From assembly GCA_965232515.1 (NCBI GenBank), contig CBDDPY010000002.1, forward strand, positions 6,816,001 to 6,880,000: a stretch of 64,000 bases of DNA, read 5' to 3'. Position numbers and translations under genes: made by a program. Origin of the DNA: Alphaproteobacteria bacterium (GTDB taxonomy: Bacteria > Pseudomonadota > Alphaproteobacteria > GCA-2731375). Every line of letters begins with the position of its first letter. Position 1 is the first letter of the stretch. The notes beneath the pieces are model-generated. The model ran no database searches, was not told the DNA's origin, and saw nothing but the letters and a program-made list of their open reading frames with translations. Below are positions 41,576-51,598 of the stretch, in pieces.

Positions 41576-42558
41576 CGGACGATCCGCTGATCCGGGTCCA
41601 GGACTTGCAGGTGCATTTCAAGCTGCCGCGTCCGAACCTGCTGGCGCCGCGATCGACGCTGCATGCGGTGGACGGCGTCAGCTTCGAGATCGCGCGCGGA
41701 CGTGTTCTGGGGCTGGTCGGCGAGAGCGGTTGCGGCAAGACCACCTCGGGCCTGGCGCTGTTGCGGCTCGTGCCGGCGACCGGCGGCAAGGTGCTGTTCG
41801 ACGGCACCGACGTCCTGGCGCTGGGCGCCGAGGACATGCGCGACATGCGCCGGCGCATGCAGATCATCTTTCAGGACCCGTATTCGTCGCTGAACCCACG
41901 CCAGACGGCCGGTGATATTGTCCGTGCGCCGCTCGACACCCAGGACGTCGGCAGCCCGGCGGAGCGCGAAGCGCGTGTCGACGAGCTGTTCTCGCTGGTC
42001 GGGCTGCGGTCGAACCAGAAGGCGCTCTTTCCGCACCAGTTTTCCGGCGGGCAGCGACAGCGGATCTGCATCGCGCGGGCCCTGGCGCTGACGCCCGATT
42101 TCATCGTCTGCGACGAACCGGTCTCGGCGCTGGATGTCGCGATCCAGGCGCAGATCCTGAATCTGCTGTGCGAGCTGCAGGACGAGCTCAATCTGACCTA
42201 CCTGTTCATCTCCCACGACCTGGCCGTGGTGCAGCATATCTGCGACGACATCGCTGTGATGTATCTCGGCAGCATCGTCGAGCAGGCCGACAATGCAGCG
42301 TTGTTCGAGAACCCGCGCCACCCCTATACGCGGGCGCTGCTGTCGGCCGTGCCCTCGCGGCATGCCGCGGCGACGAAGGCAAAACGCGTCCGCCTGGAGG
42401 GCGATATACCGAACCCGATCGACCGGCCGGCGGGCTGCCGCTTTCACACCCGCTGCATCCATGCGCAAGAACGCTGCAAGGTCGAAGAACCGCCGTTGGT
42501 GGAAGAGCTTCCCGGCCACTGGGTGGCCTGCCACTTTTCGTCGGAACTCGACGATTAG
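41572..42558 (+). CDS. Peptide-family ABC ATPase (DppF-like)
   Basis: [25 protein letters not shown]. Confidence 0.93.
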
Positions 42559-42664
42559 CAATCGGTGAATTGCCGGCGCAGCGCCGGGCCGGATTTGCCA
42601 TTAACCGGGCCTTTAGAACGGCAGGCTAGCTTCGACGCAGGGGTCGACGAAATGCTGGCATGCC

Positions 42665-43732
42665 ATGAGCGTAACCGTCTCGACCCCGCCGCCTGCGGCG
42701 CCGCCGCGCCTGAGCGCGGCCATGAAGGATCTGATCGCCTGTGCGATCGCCTTCGTCACCATGCTGCTGGCCTTCGTCAGCATCGATTTCATCGAGATGA
42801 TTTTCGAGGCGACCCGGGAACACGAGGACTGGGAGCTGGACGAGATCCTGGCCGCGATACCGTCGCTGGTATTGGTGGCGGCATGGTTCTCGTATCGGCG
42901 CTGGCGCGAGGTTGCGGAGCTGAACCGGACGCTGAGCCAAACCGTTCGTGAGCTTGAGGAAGCGAACGCGATGCGCCAACGCATGGAACGGCAGCTGCGC
43001 GAGTCGCAGAAGCTGGAGGCCATGGGCAAGCTCGCGGGCGGCCTGGCGCATGAGCTGAACAACGTGCTGCAGCCGATCGTCACGCTCGCCCAACACAGCG
43101 CCGACCGCGACGACATCTCGGCCGAGACCAAGACCAGGATGGCGCACATTCTGGCGGCGGCGTCGCACGGCAGCGACATCGTGCGCGACGTGCTGACCTT
43201 CGCGTCCGGCGGCATACGCGAACCGGAATGCCTCGATCTGGCCATGGCGCTGAATGACATCGTTGCCTATTCGCGCGAGAACCTGGCCGAGTCCATGACG
43301 ATCGAGACCCGGTTCGACGCGCATACGAGGCTTGTTTCCCTGAACCGCGTCGAACTGACTCAGGTGATCACCAACCTGCTGACCAACGCCGCCGACGCCA
43401 TGGGCCATCAGGGCCGGATCAGCGTCGAACTGGACGTCTGCGACCTGGATGCGGCGGACGCGGACTTCAAAGGCCTGACCGCGGGCAGCTATGCCCGCAT
43501 CACCGTCGCCGACCAGGGACCGGGCATCGCGCCGGACGCCATGGGGCGCGTCTTCGATCCGTTCTTCACGACCAAGGACGCGGGCGAGGGAACCGGACTC
43601 GGCCTCGCCGTCGTGCATGGTCTGGTCCGCGACTGGGGCGGTTCGATCGCCGTGCATTCGTCGGTGGGCAACGGCGCGGCGTTCGAAATCCTGGTGCCGC
43701 GCCTGACATCGGAGCCCGTGCGGGGAGCTTGA
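42665..43732 (+). CDS. Membrane sensor histidine kinase
   Basis: Two TM helices, QKLEAMGKLAGGLAHELNN, NLLTNAADAM, FDPFFTTK, GTGLGL. Confidence 0.92.
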   Translation: MSVTVSTPPPAAPPRLSAAMKDLIACAIAFVTMLLAFVSIDFIEMIFEATREHEDWELDEILAAIPSLVLVAAWFSYRRWREVAELNRTLSQTVRELEEANAMRQRMERQLRESQKLEAMGKLAGGLAHELNNVLQPIVTLAQHSADRDDISAETKTRMAHILAAASHGSDIVRDVLTFASGGIREPECLDLAMALNDIVAYSRENLAESMTIETRFDAHTRLVSLNRVELTQVITNLLTNAADAMGHQGRISVELDVCDLDAADADFKGLTAGSYARITVADQGPGIAPDAMGRVFDPFFTTKDAGEGTGLGLAVVHGLVRDWGGSIAVHSSVGNGAAFEILVPRLTSEPVRGA

Positions 43733-43735
43733 GGC

Positions 43736-44137
43736 ATGGCCGTGATCGTGTTGGCGGACGACGACGACCGGGTGCGGTTCGCCCTGGCGCTGGTGCTGCG
43801 CGACGCCGGGCATGAGGTGCATGAAGCGGACTATGGCGGCGCCGTTCTGCAGTCCATGGATACGGTGCGGCCGGACCTCGTCATCACGGATTTGTTCATG
43901 CCGGGAATGGACGGTATCGAACTGATCAAGCGGCTCCGCAAGGCCAAGTCCGACGTACAGATCCTGGCGGTTTCGGGCGGCGGCATGCACAACGATCCCG
44001 GCATGGCGACCAGCCTCGCCAAGCTGGCCGGCGCCGACCGGGTCATGGCGAAGCCGATCCAGAACGACATTCTGCTGCGGGAAGTGGCCGAGCTGGTCTC
44101 GAACGCTGGCGGACATCAACCCGCCAACGATCCCTGA
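43736..44137 (+). CDS. Single-domain response regulator
   Basis: ADDD, TDLFMPGMDG, AKP; no output domain. Confidence 0.9.
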   Translation: MAVIVLADDDDRVRFALALVLRDAGHEVHEADYGGAVLQSMDTVRPDLVITDLFMPGMDGIELIKRLRKAKSDVQILAVSGGGMHNDPGMATSLAKLAGADRVMAKPIQNDILLREVAELVSNAGGHQPANDP

Positions 44138-44155
44138 TCTGTCCGGCCGCGCCGC

Positions 44156-45424
44156 TCAGGTCCGCAGCGAGGGGATTGGGAACGCGTTGGCGAGCGATCT
44201 GGCCTTCCCGGCCACGGCTGACACGCCTTCGCCCTTCAGGATACGGACCACGAGGTCGGCGATCACGACCATCTCCGCTTCCCGCATGCCGCGCGCGGTG
44301 ACGGCGGGGGTGCCGAGCCGGAGGCCGCTGGGCCGGGCCGGCGGGCGCGGATCGTCGGGGATGAGCTGCTTGTTGGTGATCAACCCGGCGTCTTCCAGGC
44401 GCGCCTGAATCTCGCCGCCGTCGGCGCCGCAGAACTCGGCGACATTCAGCACCAGGAGATGGTTCTCGGTGCCGCCGGTGATCAGTGGCATTTCGTGCCG
44501 GCGAAGCGCCTGGCCAAGTGTCTGCGCGTTCAGCAGAACCTGTCGCGCGTAGTCCCGGAATTCCCGGGTCGTCGCCTTGCGGAGCGCGACGGCGATGCCG
44601 GCGACCTGATGCATGTGCGGCCCGCCCTGCAGGCCCGGAAACACGGCCTTGTCGATGGCTTGGGCGTAGGCCTGACGGCAGGCGATCAGGCCGCCGCGCG
44701 GGCCGCGCAGTGTTTTGTGCGTGGTTGTGGTCAGGACGTCGAAACCGTGATCCATCGGATTGGCGAGCGCGCTGCCGGCGATCAGGCCGCCGATATGGGA
44801 GACATCCGCCATGGCAATGGCGCCGACCTCGTCGGCGATGTGCCGGAAGGCGCCGTAATCCAGCTCGCGCGGATAGGACGAGTGGCCGCAGAGCAGCAAC
44901 TTGGGCCGGTGCTCGAGCGCGAGCTTGCGGATCTCGCCGAAATCGAGATCGCCGCCGCGCCCGTGTGTGCGGTAGCGGACGAAGTTGAAGATCCGGCCCA
45001 TGTGCGAGACCGGCGCGCCATGGGTCAGGTGGCCGCCGTGGCTCAGGTCCATGGCCAGGATCGTGTCGCCCGGATCGAGCAGGCCGAGGTAGACGGCCTG
45101 GTTCATGGGCGAGCCCGACAGCGGCTGCACGTTCGCGTGCTCGGCCCGGAAGCAGGCCTTGGCGCGGTCGATGGCGATCCGCTCGATCTCGTCGTAGTGC
45201 CGCTGGCCGGCATAATAGCGCCGGCCGGGATAGCCCTCGGCATACTTGTCGGTCAGCAGCGAGCCGTTGGTCTCCAGCACCTCGGGATAGGTGTGGTTCT
45301 CGGACGCGATCAGCGTCAGCGTTTCGGCCTGACGGTCGGTCTCGCGGCGGATCGCCTCGGCGATCGCCGGATCAGCGCCGGCAAGCGTCGGGCGTGGATC
45401 AGAATGTACGGGGAGGGGATGCAT
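44156..45424 (-). CDS. glyA: Serine hydroxymethyltransferase
   Basis: LIASEN, KYAEGYPGRRYY, HGGHLTHG, TTTHKTLRGPRGG, FPGLQGGP. Confidence 0.96.
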   Translation of the reverse strand: MHPLPVHSDPRPTLAGADPAIAEAIRRETDRQAETLTLIASENHTYPEVLETNGSLLTDKYAEGYPGRRYYAGQRHYDEIERIAIDRAKACFRAEHANVQPLSGSPMNQAVYLGLLDPGDTILAMDLSHGGHLTHGAPVSHMGRIFNFVRYRTHGRGGDLDFGEIRKLALEHRPKLLLCGHSSYPRELDYGAFRHIADEVGAIAMADVSHIGGLIAGSALANPMDHGFDVLTTTTHKTLRGPRGGLIACRQAYAQAIDKAVFPGLQGGPHMHQVAGIAVALRKATTREFRDYARQVLLNAQTLGQALRRHEMPLITGGTENHLLVLNVAEFCGADGGEIQARLEDAGLITNKQLIPDDPRPPARPSGLRLGTPAVTARGMREAEMVVIADLVVRILKGEGVSAVAGKARSLANAFPIPSLRT

Positions 45425-45460
45425 CGCGCGCTCCTTGGCATCCGTTGACGATCAGGTGGA

Positions 45461-45537
45461 TGCCCAGGCGCGCGGCAAATCTCACGCGCGGAGTTCCCGG
45501 TAGTAAGCTCTACCTTCAGGCGCCAGTCGTCCGCGCG
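45461..45537 (-). ncRNA. ZMP/ZTP (pfl) riboswitch
   Basis: Minus strand: P1 CGCGCGGA/TCCGCGCG, GACTGGCG, P2 GGTAG/CTACC, GGGAA, P3 TGCC-GCGCGCCTG-GGCA with GGCG/CGCC pseudoknot; upstream of glyA. Confidence 0.9.
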
Positions 45538-45613
45538 CCTCAGACGCTACGCAATGTGGGGGCGTTCGGCAAGCCTCGGCGGTTCCGATATCCGGCCGTG
45601 GCGAGAAAATCCG

Positions 45614-46012
45614 CTATTTCTTGCGGTCGACCGCGTCGAGCAGGCTGTCGTCGAGCTCGTTCTGCGTGCGAATCAGCGCGGCGCTGGCCTTGTAGGCGTT
45701 GGCGGCCATGCGCTGGTCGACGAATTCCTCGGCCAGGTTGACGTTCGGAAAGGCCGACAGCCCGGTCGGGCTGGACGGGTCCGGCAGGGTGGTGGTGGCC
45801 GGCGTCACCGGCACCGCGCGCGCCTGGACGCCGCCATAGGCGAGCGCCGCCTGCTGCACGCGCTGCGGCTGGTAGGCGGCGGCCGGCGGCTCGGTGGCGT
45901 CCAGCGTCGTCGGCGCCGTGGTCTGGGCGTTGACGACGTTGTTCGCCGAGACGGCGACACGGGTCGACGCCGCGCGCAGTCCGCTCAGCGCGATGTTACG
46001 TACAGGGTCCAT
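45614..46012 (-). CDS. Orphan flagellar basal-body rod (FlgC-like) protein
   Basis: IALSGL..SANNVVNAQT N-terminal rod motif; NVNLAEEFVD..AYKAS C-terminal motif. Confidence 0.82.
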   Translation of the reverse strand: MDPVRNIALSGLRAASTRVAVSANNVVNAQTTAPTTLDATEPPAAAYQPQRVQQAALAYGGVQARAVPVTPATTTLPDPSSPTGLSAFPNVNLAEEFVDQRMAANAYKASAALIRTQNELDDSLLDAVDRKK

Positions 46013-46123
46013 GCAGCAAATATACTGTCACGAGGAAAGAAGTCAAGAAAATATATTAAAATCAATTACTTAGAAAGATTTCATAAAAATTTAATGTAAA
46101 TTAATCGGTTCCCGGCGAACGCC

Positions 46124-46137
46124 TTGATCCACGACAA
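46124..46137. promoter_or_regulatory. Degenerate FNR-like box upstream of gldA
   Basis: TTGAT-CCAC-GACAA. Confidence 0.35.
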
Positions 46138-46205
46138 AAAGCGCCGCGACACATGGCGCTAGCATGCGCGCCTGCCTTTCCACGACACGCCAGGAGCCAC
46201 GGCCC

Positions 46206-47318
46206 ATGATCACCACCGCTATCTTTCCCGCCCGCTACGTTCAGGGCGACGGCGCGCTCGGCAGCCTCGGTGAGGAGCTCTCGCGCCTCGGCGACAGCGC
46301 GCTGGCGATCTGCGATCCATATGTGCACCGGGAGCTGCTGCCGGCGATCCAGGCCGGCATCGGCGACGACGTCAGGCTGGTGCTGGAGCCGTTCGGCGGC
46401 GAGTGCTCGGACGAGGAGATCGGCCGGCTGCTGAGCATCGCCGAGCACAACGAGGTCGCCGTGGTGGTCGGCCTGGGCGGCGGCAAAACGTTGGACACGG
46501 CCAAGGCCGTGGCGCACGAGCGCCATCTGCCGGTGGCGGTGGTGCCGACGCTCGCGTCCACCGACGCGCCGTGCAGCGCGCTGTCGGTGATCTATTCGGT
46601 CGACGGCGCCTTCAAGCGGTATCTCGTGCTGCCGCGCAATCCCGATCTGGTGCTGGTCGATACCGGCGTCGTCGCCCGGGCGCCGGTGCGCTTTCTGGTA
46701 GCCGGCATGGGCGACGCGCTGGCGACCTGGTTCGAGGCCGAGGACTGCCATCTGAAGCACGGCCCCAACATGACCGGCCGCGAGGGCCCGATGACCGCCT
46801 ATGGCCTGGCGCGGCAGTGCCATGAGACGCTGATGGCCTATGGCGTCGCGGCCAAGCTGTCCTGTGAGCTGGGGGCGGTGACGCCGGCGTTGGAACACGT
46901 GGTCGAGGCGAACACGCTGCTGAGCGGGCTCGGTTTCGAGAGCGGCGGGCTGGCCGCCGCGCACGCCATCCACAACGGGCTGACGGCGCTCGATGAGACG
47001 CACGCCTACTGGCACGGCGAGAAGGTGGCGGTCGGCACGCAGGCGATGATGTTCCTGTCCGACAAGTCGCGCGAAACCATCGAGACGGTCTTCGGCTTTT
47101 GCGAATCCGTGGGCCTGCCGACCACGCTGGCCGATATCGGCCTCGCAGAGGCGGCGGATGCGCGCCTGATGCTGGCGGCGGAGCGGGCCTGCGCCCCCGG
47201 CGAGACCATCTACAACGAGCCGGTCGAAGTCACGCCACGGGCGGTGTTCGCCGCGCTGAAAACGGCGGATTCCTATGGCCGGCACCGGCGCACGACGAAA
47301 GCGGCCGTTAACGACTAG
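46206..47318 (+). CDS. gldA: Glycerol dehydrogenase
   Basis: PARYVQG, FGGECS, GGGKTLDTAK, ASTDAPCS, GDALATWFEA, AAAHAIHNG, HGEKVA. Confidence 0.93.
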   Translation: MITTAIFPARYVQGDGALGSLGEELSRLGDSALAICDPYVHRELLPAIQAGIGDDVRLVLEPFGGECSDEEIGRLLSIAEHNEVAVVVGLGGGKTLDTAKAVAHERHLPVAVVPTLASTDAPCSALSVIYSVDGAFKRYLVLPRNPDLVLVDTGVVARAPVRFLVAGMGDALATWFEAEDCHLKHGPNMTGREGPMTAYGLARQCHETLMAYGVAAKLSCELGAVTPALEHVVEANTLLSGLGFESGGLAAAHAIHNGLTALDETHAYWHGEKVAVGTQAMMFLSDKSRETIETVFGFCESVGLPTTLADIGLAEAADARLMLAAERACAPGETIYNEPVEVTPRAVFAALKTADSYGRHRRTTKAAVND

Positions 47319-47399
47319 GCAATCCGGCCCGCCGACACTTGACATGGCGGCCTTGGAGTCAAAGGTGACTCTATCGAAGCCTTGGGGAGCGGAGTGGGC

Positions 47400-48290
47400 A
47401 TGTTGCGGGTTCTGATTGTGGCGGTGGTGATGCTGGCGGCGCTGCCGGCGCGCGCGCAAATCGATCGCGGCATCGCCGCCTTCGAGGTCGACGATTTCGA
47501 GTCGGCGCTGAACGTGTTCCGGCCGTTGGCCGACATCGGCGATCCAGAGGCGCAGTACTGGCTGGCCCGGCACTATGACGCAGGGCTTGGGGTCGCGGAG
47601 GACCCGGACCAGGCGCTGGCCTGGTTCCGCAAGGCGGCCGACCAGGGCCATGCCGAATCTCAACGCGTGATCGGCATCTATTACGAAGAAGGCAAGGCCG
47701 TGGATCGGGACTTCGCGGCCGCGGCGATCTGGTACGAAAAGGCCGCCGAGCAGGGCAACGCCAAGGCGCAGCGAAATCTGGCGGCGCTCTATTCCGACGG
47801 CCGCGGCGTGCGGGCCAGCAAGGCGACGGCGGCGAAATGGCTGCAACTGGCCGCCGATGGTGGCAACGCCAAGGCCAAGCGTAACCTCGCCTATCTGTAC
47901 TACTACGGGTCCGGCGTGCCGCTGGACCGGACGCGCGCGGCCGAACTGTTCGCGGAGGCCTCGGCCGAGGGCGTCGGCAAGGCGGAGTTCGATCTCGGCC
48001 GGCTGTATTATCGCGGCCACGGTGTCGAGCAGGACTTCGCCCGGGCGGCGCGGCATTTCCGCACCGCCGCCATCGAGGGGCATTCCCGCGCGCAGCTGTT
48101 CCTGGGCCGCATGTTCCATCGCGGCGAGGGCGTACGGCAGGACGACACCAAGGCCTATTACTGGCTGTCGCTGGCCGCCGTGCAGGGCGAGGAGACGGCG
48201 GTGCCGCTGATCGAGCGGATCTCGGGCGAGCTGTCGGACGACGAGCGGCAGGCCGCCGAGAGCGAGGCACAGGCGTTCGAGCCGAAATAG
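47400..48290 (+). CDS. Secreted Sel1-like repeat protein
   Basis: Signal peptide; six 36-aa repeats AQxxLxxxYxxGxGVxxDxxxAxxWxxxAAxQG. Confidence 0.9.
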   Translation: MLRVLIVAVVMLAALPARAQIDRGIAAFEVDDFESALNVFRPLADIGDPEAQYWLARHYDAGLGVAEDPDQALAWFRKAADQGHAESQRVIGIYYEEGKAVDRDFAAAAIWYEKAAEQGNAKAQRNLAALYSDGRGVRASKATAAKWLQLAADGGNAKAKRNLAYLYYYGSGVPLDRTRAAELFAEASAEGVGKAEFDLGRLYYRGHGVEQDFARAARHFRTAAIEGHSRAQLFLGRMFHRGEGVRQDDTKAYYWLSLAAVQGEETAVPLIERISGELSDDERQAAESEAQAFEPK

Positions 48291-48373
48291 CCGCTGCGAC
48301 TGCGCCCGTGAACCGGCGGCGCGCCGATGGCGTATAACCGGGCATCGTCGTTCTTGCGCGCCGAGGCCCCGCC

Positions 48374-49465
48374 GTGACCCGTCTGTTGCCATCGCCCACC
48401 GCCATCCTGTTTGTTGTTCTGTTGACCGTTGTTGTCGCCTGCTCGGGATCGACGCAGAAACCAGGCGCGCCCTACCACCACACCACCACCGGCTTCCGCA
48501 ACCCGGCGGGCAGCCCGGAGCGCGGGCCGTTCTGGGAGCGGGCGCCCTGGCTGCTGACGACGCCGTTCCGGCTGAGCGGTCGTAGCGGTGTCGTGGTGCC
48601 CGACGATCATGTGGTTCCGCCGGCGGAAGCGCTGGCCGCGTTCAACGCGGCGACGGACGAGGACACCATTACCTGGATCGGCCACATGACGGCGCTGCTG
48701 CGTATCGACGGGGCCGTGGTGCTGACAGATCCATGGTTTACGGACTACGCGACGCCGGTGCCGCCGTTGGGGCCGAAGCGGGTGGTGCCGCCGGGTCTGG
48801 CGATCGATGACCTGCCGCCGATCGATGTGGTGGTGATCTCGCACAGCCACTACGACCATCTCGACCTGCCGACCATCGAGATGCTGCCGAACAAGGAACG
48901 CATCACCGCCGTGGTGCCGCTGAAGCTGGGCCGGTATTTCCGCGAGCGCGGCTATGATCAGGTGATCGAGCTGGACTGGTACGAGGAGACCGAGGCGGCG
49001 GGTCTTAGCTTCACCGCGCTGCCGGTGATCCATTGGTCGAAACGCTCGCTGTTCCGCACCAACGACACGCTCTGGGCATCGTTCGCCATCGAGGCGCGGA
49101 ACGGGCTGCGGGTGTATTTCGGCGGCGATGCCGAATACGGCCCGGTCTACCGGGAAGTGAACGAACGCGCGGGCGGTTTCGACGTGGCGCTGATCTCGAT
49201 CGGCGCGTTCCTGCCGCGGGCGGTGATGAACGGCGCGCACTGCGTACCGGATCCGTGTATGCAACTTGCCATCGATCTGAATTCGCACACGCTGGTCGGC
49301 ATGCATTGGGGCACGGTGCGGCTCGGCGACGACGGATTCCTGGAGCCGGCCGAACGCTTCCGCGCCGCGGGCCGCAAGCGCGGCCTGCCCGACGAGCGGG
49401 TCTGGCTGATGCGGATCGGCGAGACCCGCGTGCTGCCAAGGCGACCGGAGGTGGCGACGCAGTAG
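48374..49465 (+). CDS. MBL-fold metallohydrolase (NAPE-PLD/RomA-like), probable lipoprotein
   Basis: Lipobox VVAC; TWIGH, LTDP, SHSHYDHLD, HWSKR, MHWGT. Confidence 0.88.
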   Translation: MTRLLPSPTAILFVVLLTVVVACSGSTQKPGAPYHHTTTGFRNPAGSPERGPFWERAPWLLTTPFRLSGRSGVVVPDDHVVPPAEALAAFNAATDEDTITWIGHMTALLRIDGAVVLTDPWFTDYATPVPPLGPKRVVPPGLAIDDLPPIDVVVISHSHYDHLDLPTIEMLPNKERITAVVPLKLGRYFRERGYDQVIELDWYEETEAAGLSFTALPVIHWSKRSLFRTNDTLWASFAIEARNGLRVYFGGDAEYGPVYREVNERAGGFDVALISIGAFLPRAVMNGAHCVPDPCMQLAIDLNSHTLVGMHWGTVRLGDDGFLEPAERFRAAGRKRGLPDERVWLMRIGETRVLPRRPEVATQ

Positions 49466-49513
49466 CGGGGCGGCGGTGTATATTGGTTCCGACCAGATTG
49501 CGGGGAGGGATCG

Positions 49514-50599
49514 ATGGCCGGGTATCCGGGCAGCGAAGACGAGCGGCGGGTCGACTACGCGGCGCTGCGGGACGTGGTGGCGCGGACCTTCGCGGCCTGC
49601 GGCATGTCCGACGCGGACGCGGGGCTCCTGGCGGAAACGCTGGCCGTGGCCGACCTGCGCGGCGTGCATTCGCACGGCACGCTTCGGGTGCCGGACTATG
49701 TCGCCAAGCTGACGGTGGACGGCGTCGATCCGCGCGGGACGCCGCGTGTCGCGCGGGACGCCGGCGCGGCCATCGTCATCGACGGCGGCAATTCCATGGG
49801 TCAGATCGGTGGCGCGTTTGCCATGCGGTTGGCCATCGAGCGGGCGCGCGACCTTAACGTTGCCGTGGCCACGGTTGGCGGCAGCAACCATTGCGGGGCC
49901 ATGGCCTATTTCGCCATGCAGGCGCTGCCGCACGACATGATCGGCATCGCCACCACGAACGCGCTGCCGACCATGGCGCCGTGGGGCGGCGCCGAGAAGA
50001 TCGTCGGCATCAATCCGATTGCCGTGGCGATCCCGGCCGCCACGGCCGATCCTGTTGTGTTCGACGCCGCCTTCAGCGGCTCGTCGCACGGTAAGATCCG
50101 GGTCTATCACCAGAAGGGGCTGGCGCTGCCGGACGGCTGGGCCTTCGACGCCGACGGCCGGCCGACGACGGACACGGGCGCAGCGCTCGACGGCCTGCTG
50201 CAGCCGATCGGTGGCTACAAGGGCATCAGCCTGGCGATGATCATGGGGCTGTTGTCGAGCCTGCTGTCGGGCGCCGGCTACGGCACCGAGTCCGGCAATA
50301 TGGTTGACGGCGCGACGCCGGGGCGCGACGGGCACTTCTTCATGGCGATCAACGTCGCCGGCTTCGAGGACGTGGATACGTTCAAGCGGCGGGTCGATGG
50401 CGTCGTCGCTGAAGTTCATGACAGCCGGCGCGCGCCCGGTGTGGAGCGTCTTTTCGTGCCGGGCGAGCTGGAAGCCGAGACCGAGCGTCTGTATCGCCGC
50501 GACGGTATTCCGTTGAACGATGAGACGCTGTCGGCGATTACCGGCGCCGCGGCCGACCTGGGCGTCGACGCCGGAGCGCTGACGGCGTCCATCGCTTAG
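49514..50599 (+). CDS. Ldh_2-family (malate/lactate/sulfolactate/ureidoglycolate) dehydrogenase
   Basis: ADLRGVHSHG, SNHCGA, GINPIA, GGYKG, FVPGELE. Confidence 0.9.
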   Translation: MAGYPGSEDERRVDYAALRDVVARTFAACGMSDADAGLLAETLAVADLRGVHSHGTLRVPDYVAKLTVDGVDPRGTPRVARDAGAAIVIDGGNSMGQIGGAFAMRLAIERARDLNVAVATVGGSNHCGAMAYFAMQALPHDMIGIATTNALPTMAPWGGAEKIVGINPIAVAIPAATADPVVFDAAFSGSSHGKIRVYHQKGLALPDGWAFDADGRPTTDTGAALDGLLQPIGGYKGISLAMIMGLLSSLLSGAGYGTESGNMVDGATPGRDGHFFMAINVAGFEDVDTFKRRVDGVVAEVHDSRRAPGVERLFVPGELEAETERLYRRDGIPLNDETLSAITGAAADLGVDAGALTASIA

Positions 50600-50614
50600 G
50601 GCATACTTGGCGCC

Positions 50615-51598
50615 ATGGGGAAGACGGAACGCGAGATCTATCAACCGTCGGCGGAGCAGCGGGCGCTGTTCCCCGCGGTTTCCGGCAATACGGTCAACGG
50701 GCTCGGTGAGCCGGTGCGGCGGCGGCCGACGCCGATCTACTGGCACAGGCCCGAGGCGCTGGCGCACGGCAAGCTGCAGCTCTACATGATCGACAAGTTC
50801 CTGAAGGAGCCGGCGCTAGCCCAGAGCCACAAGGGCTTCGGCGGGCGTGGCCCGGAACAGGCCGATCCCGTGGCGCCCGCGCGTGCCGAGGATACGGCCG
50901 AGAGCTGGTCGACCCGAGTGAAGGAATTCGCGCTGGCGCACGACGCCGATCTGGTCGGCATTGCCCGGCTCGATCCGGACTGGGTGTTCGAGGGCTACGA
51001 GGTCGACGCGCCGTTCATCGTCATGCTGGGCGTGGCCATGGACCAGCCGCGGTTGGCGCGCACCGCGCCCGCGCTCGACTCGGCGCTGGAGGTGCAGGCG
51101 CAGTACAACCGCGGCACCCGCGCGGCGCGCTATCTGGCGAACTGGATCCGCGGCCAGGGCTGGCACGCCGCGCCGCATGGCGGCCCCTGGGCCGGGCCGG
51201 TGACGCTGATCCCGGCGGCGCTGGCCTGCGGCTTCGGCGAGCTCGGCAAGCACGGTTCGATCATCAACCGCAACTTCGGCTCGTCGTTTCGGCTTGCCGG
51301 CGTCACCACCGATCTACCGCTGCTGCCCGACCAGATCGATACGTTCGGGGCCGAGGACTTCTGCACCTCGTGCCAGGTCTGCAAGAACGCCTGCCCGCCG
51401 CAGGCGATCGTCGACGACAAGCAGATGGTCCGTGGCACGGCCAAGTGGTACGTCGACTTCGACAAGTGCATTCCCTATTTCAACGACACGCATGGCTGCG
51501 GCATCTGCATCGCCGTCTGTCCGTGGAGCCGGCCGGGCACGGCGCCGAAGCTGGCCGAGCGCATGACACGCCGTCGCGAGCGGCTGGCCGCCGAGTGA
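50615..51598 (+). CDS. Reductive dehalogenase/QueG-superfamily 2x[4Fe-4S] protein
   Basis: ADLVGIA, GFGELGKHG, FRLAGVTTDLPL, FCTSCQVCKNACP, KC..GCGICIAVCPW. Confidence 0.8.
   Translation: MGKTEREIYQPSAEQRALFPAVSGNTVNGLGEPVRRRPTPIYWHRPEALAHGKLQLYMIDKFLKEPALAQSHKGFGGRGPEQADPVAPARAEDTAESWSTRVKEFALAHDADLVGIARLDPDWVFEGYEVDAPFIVMLGVAMDQPRLARTAPALDSALEVQAQYNRGTRAARYLANWIRGQGWHAAPHGGPWAGPVTLIPAALACGFGELGKHGSIINRNFGSSFRLAGVTTDLPLLPDQIDTFGAEDFCTSCQVCKNACPPQAIVDDKQMVRGTAKWYVDFDKCIPYFNDTHGCGICIAVCPWSRPGTAPKLAERMTRRRERLAAE

Noticed and set aside
46050-46105. CtrA box upstream of the FlgC-like gene
   Set aside because: TTAA pairs are spaced N6, not N7, in very AT-rich DNA
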